A DNA stretch of 64,000 nucleotides from Myxococcota bacterium. GTDB taxonomy: Bacteria; Myxococcota_A; Polyangia; Polyangiales; Houyiibacteriaceae. The stretch is taken from contig JBCDAA010000002.1 in assembly GCA_039186435.1 (NCBI GenBank), positions 2,248 through 66,247 of the forward strand. The letters run 5' to 3'. The notes beneath the pieces were generated by a model. The model was not told the DNA's origin, ran no database searches, and worked only from the letters and a program-made list of their open reading frames with translations. Of this stretch, positions 25,905 to 34,214 are shown in pieces (the first letter of the stretch is position 1; each line of letters starts with the position of its first letter). The position numbers and the translations under genes are program-made.

Positions 25905-26789
25905 TTACGGGCTACAGCGCATTCCCTCCTCAAGTTGGTCATCGCACACGGTGATCTCGTAGGGCACCTCGTCGCCGTCACCGCGAAGGAAGAACGAGAG
26001 CGACCGACCGCCGGGAAACGTAAAGGGCAGGCTGAGGATTTCGGTCGCGTCTTCACAAACCACGATGGTGGTCATGAACGAGTCCTCGCCGACGCTGACC
26101 GACGCCGAGAAGATCGTGTTCGTATCGTTGGGGGAAAACCCGAGGTCGCCGTACTCGGTGTTTTCGAACGCGGAGAACGGCGTGGTGCATGCGATCTGTT
26201 TCGTGTCGATCGCGCCAAGGTCGACGCCTGCGTGGAAGAACCGCACGTAGAAGCGACGTGGAAGCAGCTCAGCGAAGACGTCGGTGGGGTACACCTCGGT
26301 TTCGACGACGTCGCTTCCAAAAAGGATCGCCGTCAAGCGACCGTCCTCGTCGGGGAGTGCCGTATCACTCGTTCCCTCAAGGGCGGTTTCGCAGTCATCG
26401 CCCGCGATCCAACGAATCATGGAGGTCTCGCCGACAGGGATCGAGCGGTGGCCGGCGATTTCGCCAAGCGCCAACGGCTCGCTGAAGAGCGGCTCGCCGA
26501 ATCCACCCGCCGCGGAAACGCAAACGTTCACGGCACTACCCGTGGTGAGGAAATTCCCGAAGCGAATCGATCGTTCGGTTGGGATCGCGGCGTCCGTTCC
26601 GGCGTCTTCCCCCGCATCTTCCCCCGCGTCCTCACCTGCGTCTTCGCCTGCGTCCGCGACGGCGTCCTCTCCCGCATCTCTCGGGTCTACGGCGCTGTCC
26701 GTCCCGCTATCGACGCCTCCTGCGTCCACGCCTGAATCGTCATCGCCACAGGCGACGAGGAGCGCCATCATCATTAACGCAACTCTCAT
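25905..26789 (-). CDS. DUF4397-like lipoprotein with (DAGE)n linker
   Basis: Lipobox MALLVACGDDD. IRFGNFLTTGSAVNVCVS... resembles the DUF4397 opening strand seen more clearly in 31909-33420. The ATG overlaps the upstream stop (ATGA). Confidence 0.5.
   Translation of the reverse strand: MRVALMMMALLVACGDDDSGVDAGGVDSGTDSAVDPRDAGEDAVADAGEDAGEDAGEDAGEDAGTDAAIPTERSIRFGNFLTTGSAVNVCVSAAGGFGEPLFSEPLALGEIAGHRSIPVGETSMIRWIAGDDCETALEGTSDTALPDEDGRLTAILFGSDVVETEVYPTDVFAELLPRRFYVRFFHAGVDLGAIDTKQIACTTPFSAFENTEYGDLGFSPNDTNTIFSASVSVGEDSFMTTIVVCEDATEILSLPFTFPGGRSLSFFLRGDGDEVPYEITVCDDQLEEGMRCSP
26590..26680. repeat. imperfect 12-bp tandem repeat encoding (DAGE)n
   Basis: Seven units of the (g/c/t)gc(g/a)tc(t/c)tc(c/a/g)cc type. 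Confidence 0.7.
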
Positions 26790-28018
26790 CGCTCGACCTC
26801 GACGCGTCCAAAGCCAGTGATCAGCCCAGTTGTCTGAAAGATCTCGATCAGGCTCTCGTCCTCGGCGATCTCGATCAGCGTGTTGTTTCCGGTAAACGCG
26901 GCTTCCGGGCGCTGAATGAACTGCCGATCGCCCACTTCAAATCCGGGTCCCGTGCGCGGCGAGACGGCATCCAGATCAAGGCGCCTTGAGGCGCTCAGGT
27001 TGTTGATGTCGACTTCAACCCAATACGAGACGGGTTCGTTCAGGAAGGTGAGAGGCGCGTCGCGCGGGTCGACGCTGCCGAGGCTTTCGTCCATGGCTGT
27101 GGTCAGGAACTTCCCGTCGCCTCGATAGAAGAGCCCGGTGCACGGAAGGCCCCCCGCCGCCTCGTTGAAGTCCACGAAGAATGCGGGATCGAAGGCGAGC
27201 TCATCGGGGGGAATGCGAAGCAAGCAGCTTGGGGGGAGCTCGTCATCGAACCACTGGCGAACGAGGTAGTTGTCTCCAAAGACGTAGATTGATCCGTCTT
27301 CCGCGAGGGCCATCCCAGAAAATCCGCCGACGCAGCGCTCGTCTTCGATCACGGCTTCGATCTCGTCCGTGGCGGTGTTGAAGACGGCGACCTGAATGCC
27401 TGGAAAGAACCCGCCGGCGAAGTCCTGTTGTTGAACCACCACAAAGAGGAGGTCGTCGCGGAGAACGCCCGGATCGATCTCCGGGAGAAAGTCCGGCTTC
27501 ATCAGCGGGCGTAGATCGATCTGGTCACCAATTTCGAGCGCCGCCGGGTCCCAGATGACAACGCGAATCCCGCCGGAACCATCAAAGAGGTACGCCTTGT
27601 CGTCCGAGATGAAGTTGTTGCCGAAAGGGATGAAGGAGAGCCCGAGGGCCGCGAGGCTGATTCGCTCACCAGGCTCCAGGGAACCGTCGGCTTGGGGAAA
27701 CCAGCGCTGCAATACCGGTTCCTCCGCGGAGCCCGTGAAGACCCGGTTGCCCTGTACGAAGACGCGTGCGTTGCCAGGAAGCTCGACGGCGTTTTCGGTT
27801 CCGATGGTGCGCCCCTCGATTTCATCGACGAGCTGCAGGTAGGACGTGCGTCCTTCCGGGCTCGCGATGGTGGTCTGGACGTACCAAAAGGCGGCTGGTT
27901 CGGTGGACGCGTCCGATCCGTCCGGCGGAGCGGCATCGCGCGCTCCTGCGTCCACGGGGGCGTCATCGTCGCCACCGCAACCGGAGAGAAGCGCTACGAG
28001 CAGCCATCGAGCGGTCAC
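26786..28018 (-). CDS. lipoprotein, paralog family member P2
   Basis: GTG 28018 (GTGA overlap with the upstream stop) gives VTARWLLVALLSGCGGDDD. Motifs are DDKAYLFD...VVIWDPAALEI, IEDERC and PSCLLR. Confidence 0.65.
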   Translation of the reverse strand: MTARWLLVALLSGCGGDDDAPVDAGARDAAPPDGSDASTEPAAFWYVQTTIASPEGRTSYLQLVDEIEGRTIGTENAVELPGNARVFVQGNRVFTGSAEEPVLQRWFPQADGSLEPGERISLAALGLSFIPFGNNFISDDKAYLFDGSGGIRVVIWDPAALEIGDQIDLRPLMKPDFLPEIDPGVLRDDLLFVVVQQQDFAGGFFPGIQVAVFNTATDEIEAVIEDERCVGGFSGMALAEDGSIYVFGDNYLVRQWFDDELPPSCLLRIPPDELAFDPAFFVDFNEAAGGLPCTGLFYRGDGKFLTTAMDESLGSVDPRDAPLTFLNEPVSYWVEVDINNLSASRRLDLDAVSPRTGPGFEVGDRQFIQRPEAAFTGNNTLIEIAEDESLIEIFQTTGLITGFGRVEVER

Positions 28019-28665
28019 GGCGTCACCTGAAAGCAGTAGACGCGGCGAGGGGGATCGCAGGGCGCACTTGCGCTTGCCGTCCATCCGTCGCCGGCTTCCG
28101 CGCAGCGGCCGACCGTTCCGTCGTCTTCAGGGTAGTACGATCGCCAACGCCGGCAGTCGACACCGGAGTAGCGACCGTCTGGGTTGGTGCCGGTAAACAC
28201 CTCGACGTCGCCCAACTCGTCGCCGTTCTCATCGAAGGAGATCGGAACACGCGGTCCAACGCGAAGTTCCTCGCGAGATTCGAATGCCATCATACCGTCG
28301 GTACGGTACCAAGGGCCCTCGCCACGCACGCTATCAACCGCGTCGCGTTCCCTCGTCGAGATCCAGGCGATCCACTCGCCTCCGAGCTCGGCACCTAGGC
28401 GCGTGCAGGTCTCGTTGGCCCGCGGAACGGAGTCTCCGGACAGCACCTCGGAGCTGACGAACACCCACGGACCCGTGACGTCCGGAGCGGCGTCCTCGGG
28501 AGCGGCGTCCTGTGCAGCGTCCAGTGGAGCGGCGTCGTCGGGAGCGGCGTCCTCGGAAGCGGCGTCCGGCGCATCATTCGAGGCCGCGTCCGAACCGGAG
28601 GCAGCGTCCGCCTCGGTCGGGGCGTTCGAATCGCACGCGAGAAGACTCGCGATAAAAACGAGCAT
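28015..28665 (-). CDS. lipoprotein, DUF1554-like (endostatin / C-type-lectin-like) domain
   Basis: ATG 28665 gives MLVFIASLLAC and an Ala/Asp/Pro linker. It then has VFVSS...ANETC...WIAWIST...WYRTDG...VFTGTNPDG...DCRRW...RVYCFQ, the Cys/Trp spacing I associate with DUF1554. Confidence 0.45.
   Translation of the reverse strand: MLVFIASLLACDSNAPTEADAASGSDAASNDAPDAASEDAAPDDAAPLDAAQDAAPEDAAPDVTGPWVFVSSEVLSGDSVPRANETCTRLGAELGGEWIAWISTRERDAVDSVRGEGPWYRTDGMMAFESREELRVGPRVPISFDENGDELGDVEVFTGTNPDGRYSGVDCRRWRSYYPEDDGTVGRCAEAGDGWTASASAPCDPPRRVYCFQVTP
28478..28612. repeat. imperfect 15-18 bp repeats encoding the (DAAPxDAA)n linker
   Basis: Recurring agcggcgtcctcggg-like units. Confidence 0.6.
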
Positions 28666-28670
28666 CCTCG

Positions 28671-29177
28671 TCAACGGTTTCGCGTCTCCGGAAACCCGTC
28701 GCCATCCTCGTCCGCGATCTCCACGAGCCGGCCCGAGTCGAGGCCAAGTTGCTGAAAGCGGTCGAACACGCCGTCGTGATCGTCGTCGAACCAAACCGAG
28801 GTGGGGCGCCCGTTTCCAGCCATGATGACGGCACGGTCAAAGCGTCCGTCACCGTCGTCGTCGCTCTGGGCAATGCGCCCGTCGTTCGTTGCGCGGTACG
28901 CATCGGTCTCTTGCGAAGAAGAGAAGAACGTGCCCGCCACAAAACTTACAAGGGCGACCGCCAAGATGGTGAGCGGTTGACGTCGCGCGCGAACCCGCGA
29001 AGCTGTCGGGACCCCGAGGCCCATCAGACCTTCGGAAAGAGAGTGATCGCGACGCGGCACCATCACCTTCCAACGTCCGTCCGCTCGATCAACCTCGGCG
29101 AGAATCCCGTGTTCGAGAAGCTCGCGAACCATGTCGTGAGCGGGGGCGGGTTCGCCAAAGCTTCGAAGCGTTCGCAT
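28671..29177 (-). CDS. single-pass membrane protein with DxDxDG-type repeats
   Basis: 168 aa with a central TM helix (LTILAVALVSFVAGTFF). The C-terminal region has DDDGDGRFD, DDDHDGVFD and DEDGDGF Ca-binding-like motifs. Confidence 0.55.
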   Translation of the reverse strand: MRTLRSFGEPAPAHDMVRELLEHGILAEVDRADGRWKVMVPRRDHSLSEGLMGLGVPTASRVRARRQPLTILAVALVSFVAGTFFSSSQETDAYRATNDGRIAQSDDDGDGRFDRAVIMAGNGRPTSVWFDDDHDGVFDRFQQLGLDSGRLVEIADEDGDGFPETRNR

Positions 29178-29185
29178 GAAGGGTT

Positions 29186-29217
29186 CTTAATGAAAGTGAA
29201 TGGCGATTTCAATAAGA
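29186..29217. promoter_or_regulatory. AT-rich island with AATGAAAGTGAAT core (weaker Fur-like site)
   Basis: 11/19 for the best 19-mer. Lies in the divergent gap between 29177(-) and the TonB-C-fused receptor (29267). Confidence 0.4.
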
Positions 29218-29266
29218 TTGGGGCTGAATACGTGCGTTTCCGCATCCCCCAAAGGCTGCATCCCTC

Positions 29267-31765
29267 ATGATCGTTCGCTTGTCCCGTCTTCTTGCGGTGT
29301 GCTTGTTGCTTCCTGCGATGTCCTCGGCCCAAGGCCTCACGCCTCCTTCGCTGATCGAAGAGGCCGAGCCCACGCTTCGCGTGGAGCAAGAAGCAGCGGT
29401 CGTTCTGCGCATCACCATTGGTGCCGATGGCGCGGTCACGGAGGCGGAGGTGGTGGAAGGGGCAACGCCGTCTCTCGATCAGGCGGCGGTCGATGCCTTG
29501 CGTCGGTCGCGTTTTCGTCCAGCGACGCAGGCCGGCACTCCGGTTCCCGTTCGGGTTTTGTATCGACTGGTGTTTCGGCCGGACGTGTCGACGCAGGAAG
29601 AGCCGCCGGACACGGAACCGCAGGACACGGAACCGCAGGACGCGCCGCAGGACGCGCCGCAGGACGCGCCACAGGACACGGAACCGCAGGACACGCCGCA
29701 GGACGCGCCGCAGGACACGGAACCGCAGGACACGCCCACATTTGGCGCGGAAGCCGAGGTCGAGCGTGACTGGGAGGGACTCCTGGAACGTTCTGCGGAG
29801 GCCGTGAACGTGATCAACACGCGGGAGCTCCAGCACCGCGCGGTCGATCTCGGTGATGTGCTCGCCCGCGAACAAGGCGTCGCAATTCGGCGGAACGGCG
29901 GACTCGGATCCACCTCGCGCTTCTCTCTCGCCGGGCTCTACGATGACCAGATTCGCTTCTTCGTCGACGGCGTTCCGCTAAACGTCGCAGGCTTTCCATT
30001 CGGCCTTGCCAACGTTCCCATCTCCTTGGTCGACAGCGTCGAGATTCACCGAGGTGTGGTGCCCATTCGGCTCGGCGCGGATGCGCTTGGGGGCGCGGTG
30101 AATCTCAACGCGTCACAGCGCCTGCGGCAGACCTACGGCGCCGCCAGCTACCAGTTCGGGTCCTTCGGAACGCACCGCGCCTCGCTGGCGGCGCGCTATC
30201 ACGACGCGGACTCCGGCTTTGTCGTCGGAGGTCTCGCGTTCGCCGACCACAGTGACAACGACTACGACGTCGATGTCGAGATCCCCGACGAACGCGGACG
30301 CCTCCAACCCGCGCGCGTTCGGCGGTTTCACGATGCGTATACCGCGTTTGGTGGCACGTTTGACATCGGCGTGCTGGATCGACCCTGGGCGCGGCGGCTC
30401 ACGCTCCGCCTCTTCGGGACGGGATACGACAAAGAACTCCAGCACAACGTTGTGATGACCGTGCCCTATGGCGAGGTCACGTTCTTCGAGCGCGCCTACG
30501 GAGCGACTCTTCGCTACGACCACCAGATCGATGACGTTCGCGTGGATCTCGTGACAAGCGTCGCGACGCTACGAACGGACTTTCAGGACCTGGGAGAGCG
30601 CATCTTTGACTGGCGCGGCAACGTGCTCGGCGACCGCGCCGTACCAGGGGAGATTCAATCGGTTCCTCAGGATCAGACGTTTCGGCAGTGGACATCGTTT
30701 TCCCGGGCGGGAGTGTTCTGGGACGTGGTGAACGGACACACCCTCGGCGTGACGGCTACGCCGGAGTACACGACGCGGTCCGGCAACGATCGACGCACGG
30801 ACGATGAGCCCGACCCCCTGAGCGGCGAACAAGACCTCTTTAAACTGACGATCGGCGCCGCTCATGAGATGTCCATCGTCAACGACCGCATCGAGAATGT
30901 CCTGTTCGCCAAGTACTACTACTACCGTGCGGATACCGAGCAGCTGCTTCCAGGACGCGTCTTTCGGTCGCTCGACGAGCGCTCCCATACGCCCGGCGTC
31001 GGTAACGCAACGCGCTTCCTTCTTCATGACTCGTTCTGGATCAAGGCCTCTTACGAGTGGGCGACCCGTCTGCCCAATTCACCGGAGGTTTTTGGCGACG
31101 GTCGGTTGGTGCTAGCGAACCTGGAGCTGCAGCCCGAACGCAGCCACAACCTCAACCTCAGCGCGCAGCTCGATCACAATCACGAGGGGACCGGTCGGTG
31201 GGCTGCGGAAGTGAACCTCTTTGCGCGCTTGTCAGACGATCTGATCGTGCTTCTCGGGAACGAACGTTCCTTTATCCATCAGAACGTATTTCGCGCGCGC
31301 GGTCTCGGCGTCGAAGCGTCGGCCCAGTGGACATCGCCGGAGAGCCACGTGTCCCTCGGAGGAAACGTCACGTACCAGGACGTACGCAACGTTTCGTCGC
31401 AGGGGGCGTTCGGCGACTTTGATGGCGACCGAATTCCGAACCGGCCTTATTTCTTCGCGAACGCGAACGCGGCGCTCCGCGCGCCCAACCTGGTCGTCGA
31501 TGGGGACAGCCTGACGTTCAGCTGGGACTTTCGTTTTGTGCACGAGTTCTTTCGCGGCTGGGAGAGCCAGGGTCTTCGCGCGTTCAAGCAGACGGTGGAC
31601 ACGCAGCGAATCTTCGGCCTCGCGCTTTCCTACGCGACGCCGGATCCAACCCCGCTGACGTTTACGCTCGACCTCCAGAACGTGACCGATGCCCGCGTCT
31701 TTGACCTCTTTGGGGTTCAGCGCCCAGGGCGAACGGTCTTTTTCAAGGTTCGCGGCGAGATCTGA
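29267..31765 (+). CDS. TonB-dependent receptor with N-terminal TonB-C-like domain
   Basis: Signal LLPAMSSAQ. An ~80-aa TonB C-terminal-like module (VVLRITIGADGAVTEAEVVEG...LDQAAVDALRRSRFRPAT..GTPVPVRVLYRLVF), a PQD(T/A)(E)P repeat linker, a plug (RELQHRAVDLGDVLAREQGVAIRRNGGLGS) and a barrel. Confidence 0.85.
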   Translation: MIVRLSRLLAVCLLLPAMSSAQGLTPPSLIEEAEPTLRVEQEAAVVLRITIGADGAVTEAEVVEGATPSLDQAAVDALRRSRFRPATQAGTPVPVRVLYRLVFRPDVSTQEEPPDTEPQDTEPQDAPQDAPQDAPQDTEPQDTPQDAPQDTEPQDTPTFGAEAEVERDWEGLLERSAEAVNVINTRELQHRAVDLGDVLAREQGVAIRRNGGLGSTSRFSLAGLYDDQIRFFVDGVPLNVAGFPFGLANVPISLVDSVEIHRGVVPIRLGADALGGAVNLNASQRLRQTYGAASYQFGSFGTHRASLAARYHDADSGFVVGGLAFADHSDNDYDVDVEIPDERGRLQPARVRRFHDAYTAFGGTFDIGVLDRPWARRLTLRLFGTGYDKELQHNVVMTVPYGEVTFFERAYGATLRYDHQIDDVRVDLVTSVATLRTDFQDLGERIFDWRGNVLGDRAVPGEIQSVPQDQTFRQWTSFSRAGVFWDVVNGHTLGVTATPEYTTRSGNDRRTDDEPDPLSGEQDLFKLTIGAAHEMSIVNDRIENVLFAKYYYYRADTEQLLPGRVFRSLDERSHTPGVGNATRFLLHDSFWIKASYEWATRLPNSPEVFGDGRLVLANLELQPERSHNLNLSAQLDHNHEGTGRWAAEVNLFARLSDDLIVLLGNERSFIHQNVFRARGLGVEASAQWTSPESHVSLGGNVTYQDVRNVSSQGAFGDFDGDRIPNRPYFFANANAALRAPNLVVDGDSLTFSWDFRFVHEFFRGWESQGLRAFKQTVDTQRIFGLALSYATPDPTPLTFTLDLQNVTDARVFDLFGVQRPGRTVFFKVRGEI
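29606..29736. repeat. mixed 15/12-bp tandem repeats encoding (PQDTE/PQDA)n
   Basis: caggacacggaaccg and caggacgcgccg units alternate about ten times. Confidence 0.85.
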
Positions 31766-31874
31766 CCGGGCCACCTCCTTGCAATGGGTCCTGGATCACG
31801 CTCTTGGGCCAGGCGGCAAGAAATGAAAAGCGCTCACGATTTCAAATGCTTGCAAACCACTATGGGCGTGTGTA

Positions 31875-31893
31875 GATAATGACTTTCAATTTC
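31875..31893. promoter_or_regulatory. Fur-like box GATAATGACTTTCAATTTC
   Basis: 14/19 to the consensus. Lies 16 nt upstream of the DUF4397 lipoprotein ATG. Confidence 0.65.
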
Positions 31894-31908
31894 GATCGAG
31901 GAGGCGTC

Positions 31909-33420
31909 ATGGCCCGACGGCTTGGATGGGTGTTGCTGATCGCCGCGATCGCGTGCGGGGACGACGACGGAACCAGCGGCGATTCAGGCGTCGACACCGG
32001 ATCGGGAGACACCGGGCCGAGCGACACCGGATCGCGCGACACCGGATCGAGTGACACCGGACCAGGCGACACCGGACCAGGCGATACCGGGCCAGGCGAT
32101 ACCGGACCAGGCGATACCGGACCAGGCGACACCGGACCAGGCGATGCCGGACCGGGCGACGCTGGGATGGACGCCGACCTGCCGATGTCCACGATCCGCT
32201 TTGTCCACGTCGCGCCCGGCGAAGATGTTCTCGACGTTCTGATCGACGACGCGCCAGCCGGATCCATCGACCGCGACGAAGGAACAGCGGGCGTGTCGAC
32301 GGCGTCTGGGAGTCACACGATTCGAGTTCGGCGAAGTGGTGAGTCCGGTGACCTCTTCACGGTCGACGTCGACCTAAGTGAAGGCGAGACGACGTCGGTC
32401 GCCCTCTACGGAGCGACGCCCACGGGCCTCGTTCTCGTCGACGACGACGCTGGGATTTCCGCTGCCGAGACCAGGATCCGCGTGGCGCACGTCGCCGACG
32501 GAGTGGGGGAGGTCGACCTGTTTGTCATGGGCGATCCGCCCTCAGCGCTCCTGTCGGACGTCGCCTTCGAAGCCAGCGGATCGGTCGACGCGGCGCCTGA
32601 TGCGTTCCGACTCGGTGTCGACGCGAACGATGACACGTTCATCGATCTGGTGTTCTCGGTGCCGGCATTGATGGCCGGCGCGCTAGAGGCTGTTTACGCG
32701 GTCGCTGAGACCGGGGGCGACGTCTACCTCCTGGCTCACCGGCCCGACGGGAGCACGCTGCGAATTGATGCGGATGCACGCTGTGCGACCCTCAGCCACG
32801 ACGGAACGGTCCCCCTCGCTTCGACGATGAACACCGCGGGCGTCATCTCCGAGGACATGGTGACGGGCACACTGGCGATCATTGGCCGCGGTGATGGAAC
32901 ACCAGGCGACGCAGACGGCCTTTACCTCGTGACGATGCCGGACATGCTGGTTGGCTCCGGTCTGGATGTCTTCCCGCGAGAAGAGGATTTCGTTGTCGGG
33001 TCGCTCAACTTTGACGCCGACGGGGTGACCGGCTGCGGCGTGGAAACGGTCGAGGTCAGCGCCCTCGACCTGAGCGAGTTATGGACCGACGGATCCGCGA
33101 CTACCGATATCAGCGACGCAGCGCTTGGGTTGTGGTTCTTCAGCGAAGACCGTACGTCGATGATGTTTGGGGAGCTTGACGCGAGCGACACCGTCACCTT
33201 TTCTGGCGGCGCTCTGACCTCGGTCGATGTCAGCATCACCATCGCGTTTTCGTTGGTGGTCAACGACACCCTCACGGCGGTTTACGACGGGACGCTGAGC
33301 TTTGCTGGAGATGCGTTCACGATCGAGATCGATGATCTGGTCCCTGACATTCCCGTGTTCGTCGGCACCGTCGACTCGACGATGATCTTCGATCTTGAGG
33401 GGACCCTCAACGCGCTCTGA
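31909..33420 (+). CDS. DUF4397 lipoprotein with (DTGPG)n linker
   Basis: ATG 31909 gives MARRLGWVLLIAAIACGDDDG. IRFVHVAPGEDVLDVLIDD... and a second RIRVAHVADGVGEVDLFV repeat are typical of DUF4397. Confidence 0.65.
   Translation: MARRLGWVLLIAAIACGDDDGTSGDSGVDTGSGDTGPSDTGSRDTGSSDTGPGDTGPGDTGPGDTGPGDTGPGDTGPGDAGPGDAGMDADLPMSTIRFVHVAPGEDVLDVLIDDAPAGSIDRDEGTAGVSTASGSHTIRVRRSGESGDLFTVDVDLSEGETTSVALYGATPTGLVLVDDDAGISAAETRIRVAHVADGVGEVDLFVMGDPPSALLSDVAFEASGSVDAAPDAFRLGVDANDDTFIDLVFSVPALMAGALEAVYAVAETGGDVYLLAHRPDGSTLRIDADARCATLSHDGTVPLASTMNTAGVISEDMVTGTLAIIGRGDGTPGDADGLYLVTMPDMLVGSGLDVFPREEDFVVGSLNFDADGVTGCGVETVEVSALDLSELWTDGSATTDISDAALGLWFFSEDRTSMMFGELDASDTVTFSGGALTSVDVSITIAFSLVVNDTLTAVYDGTLSFAGDAFTIEIDDLVPDIPVFVGTVDSTMIFDLEGTLNAL
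31993..32165. repeat. 15-bp tandem repeat x ~11 encoding (DTGPG)n
   Basis: Near-identical ga(c/t)accgg(a/g)cc(a/g)ggc units. Confidence 0.9.
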
Positions 33421-33490
33421 TCCGTGTCGGTACGGCGACCGGCCAACGATTCTCTCCTCGGTTTCGTCGTACCCGCGCTAGGCTGCGCTG

Positions 33491-34168
33491 GTGATCGAGG
33501 TCGATGCGCTTTGGAAGAGCTACCCGCTCGGCGAGCGGAGCATCGTTGCGCTCCGCGACGTCAGCCTCCGCATTGACGACGGTGAGTTCGTCGCGGTGGT
33601 CGGCAGCTCCGGAAGCGGAAAGTCGACCCTCCTCAATGTGCTCGGTCTCCTCGATCGCTGGGATTCAGGGACGTATCAGCTGGCGGGGCGAAACATGGCC
33701 GGCCTCGCTGATCGCCGAAGCGCGCGTCTCCGAAACGAGTTGATTGGCTTTGTGTTTCAGTCCTTTCACCTGTTGCCGACGAAGAGCGCGTGGGAGAACG
33801 TGGCGCTTCCTTTGGCGTACCGGTCCTCGTCTCGCCGGGACCGAAAGAAACGCGCCCGTGCACTCCTTGAGCGCCTTGGTCTCGGCGACCGGGCGGTCCA
33901 TCGCCCGAACGAGCTCAGCGGCGGTCAGCGTCAGCGGGTTGCCATCGCTCGGGCACTCATCACTGATCCACCGCTCATTCTTGCCGATGAACCCACCGGA
34001 AACCTGGACTCGCAGACGACCAGCGAGGTGCTCGCGCTCCTTCGGTCGATGCACGGCGAGGGGCGCACCGTGGTCGTCGTCACCCATGATCCCGAGGTTG
34101 CCGCAGAAGCCGACCGCGTGATCACCATGCGCGACGCGGAGGTCGTCTCGCACGACAACCAAGGGTAA
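33491..34168 (+). CDS. ABC transporter ATP-binding protein (MacB/LolD-type)
   Basis: Walker A GSSGSGKST, signature LSGGQRQRVAIARAL, Walker B LILADEPTGNLD. Confidence 0.9.
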   Translation: MIEVDALWKSYPLGERSIVALRDVSLRIDDGEFVAVVGSSGSGKSTLLNVLGLLDRWDSGTYQLAGRNMAGLADRRSARLRNELIGFVFQSFHLLPTKSAWENVALPLAYRSSSRRDRKKRARALLERLGLGDRAVHRPNELSGGQRQRVAIARALITDPPLILADEPTGNLDSQTTSEVLALLRSMHGEGRTVVVVTHDPEVAAEADRVITMRDAEVVSHDNQG

Positions 34169-34214
34169 ACCCGGTGGCCTCTGAGGCCTTGATTCGGTAG
34201 CGTTCGCAGACGGC

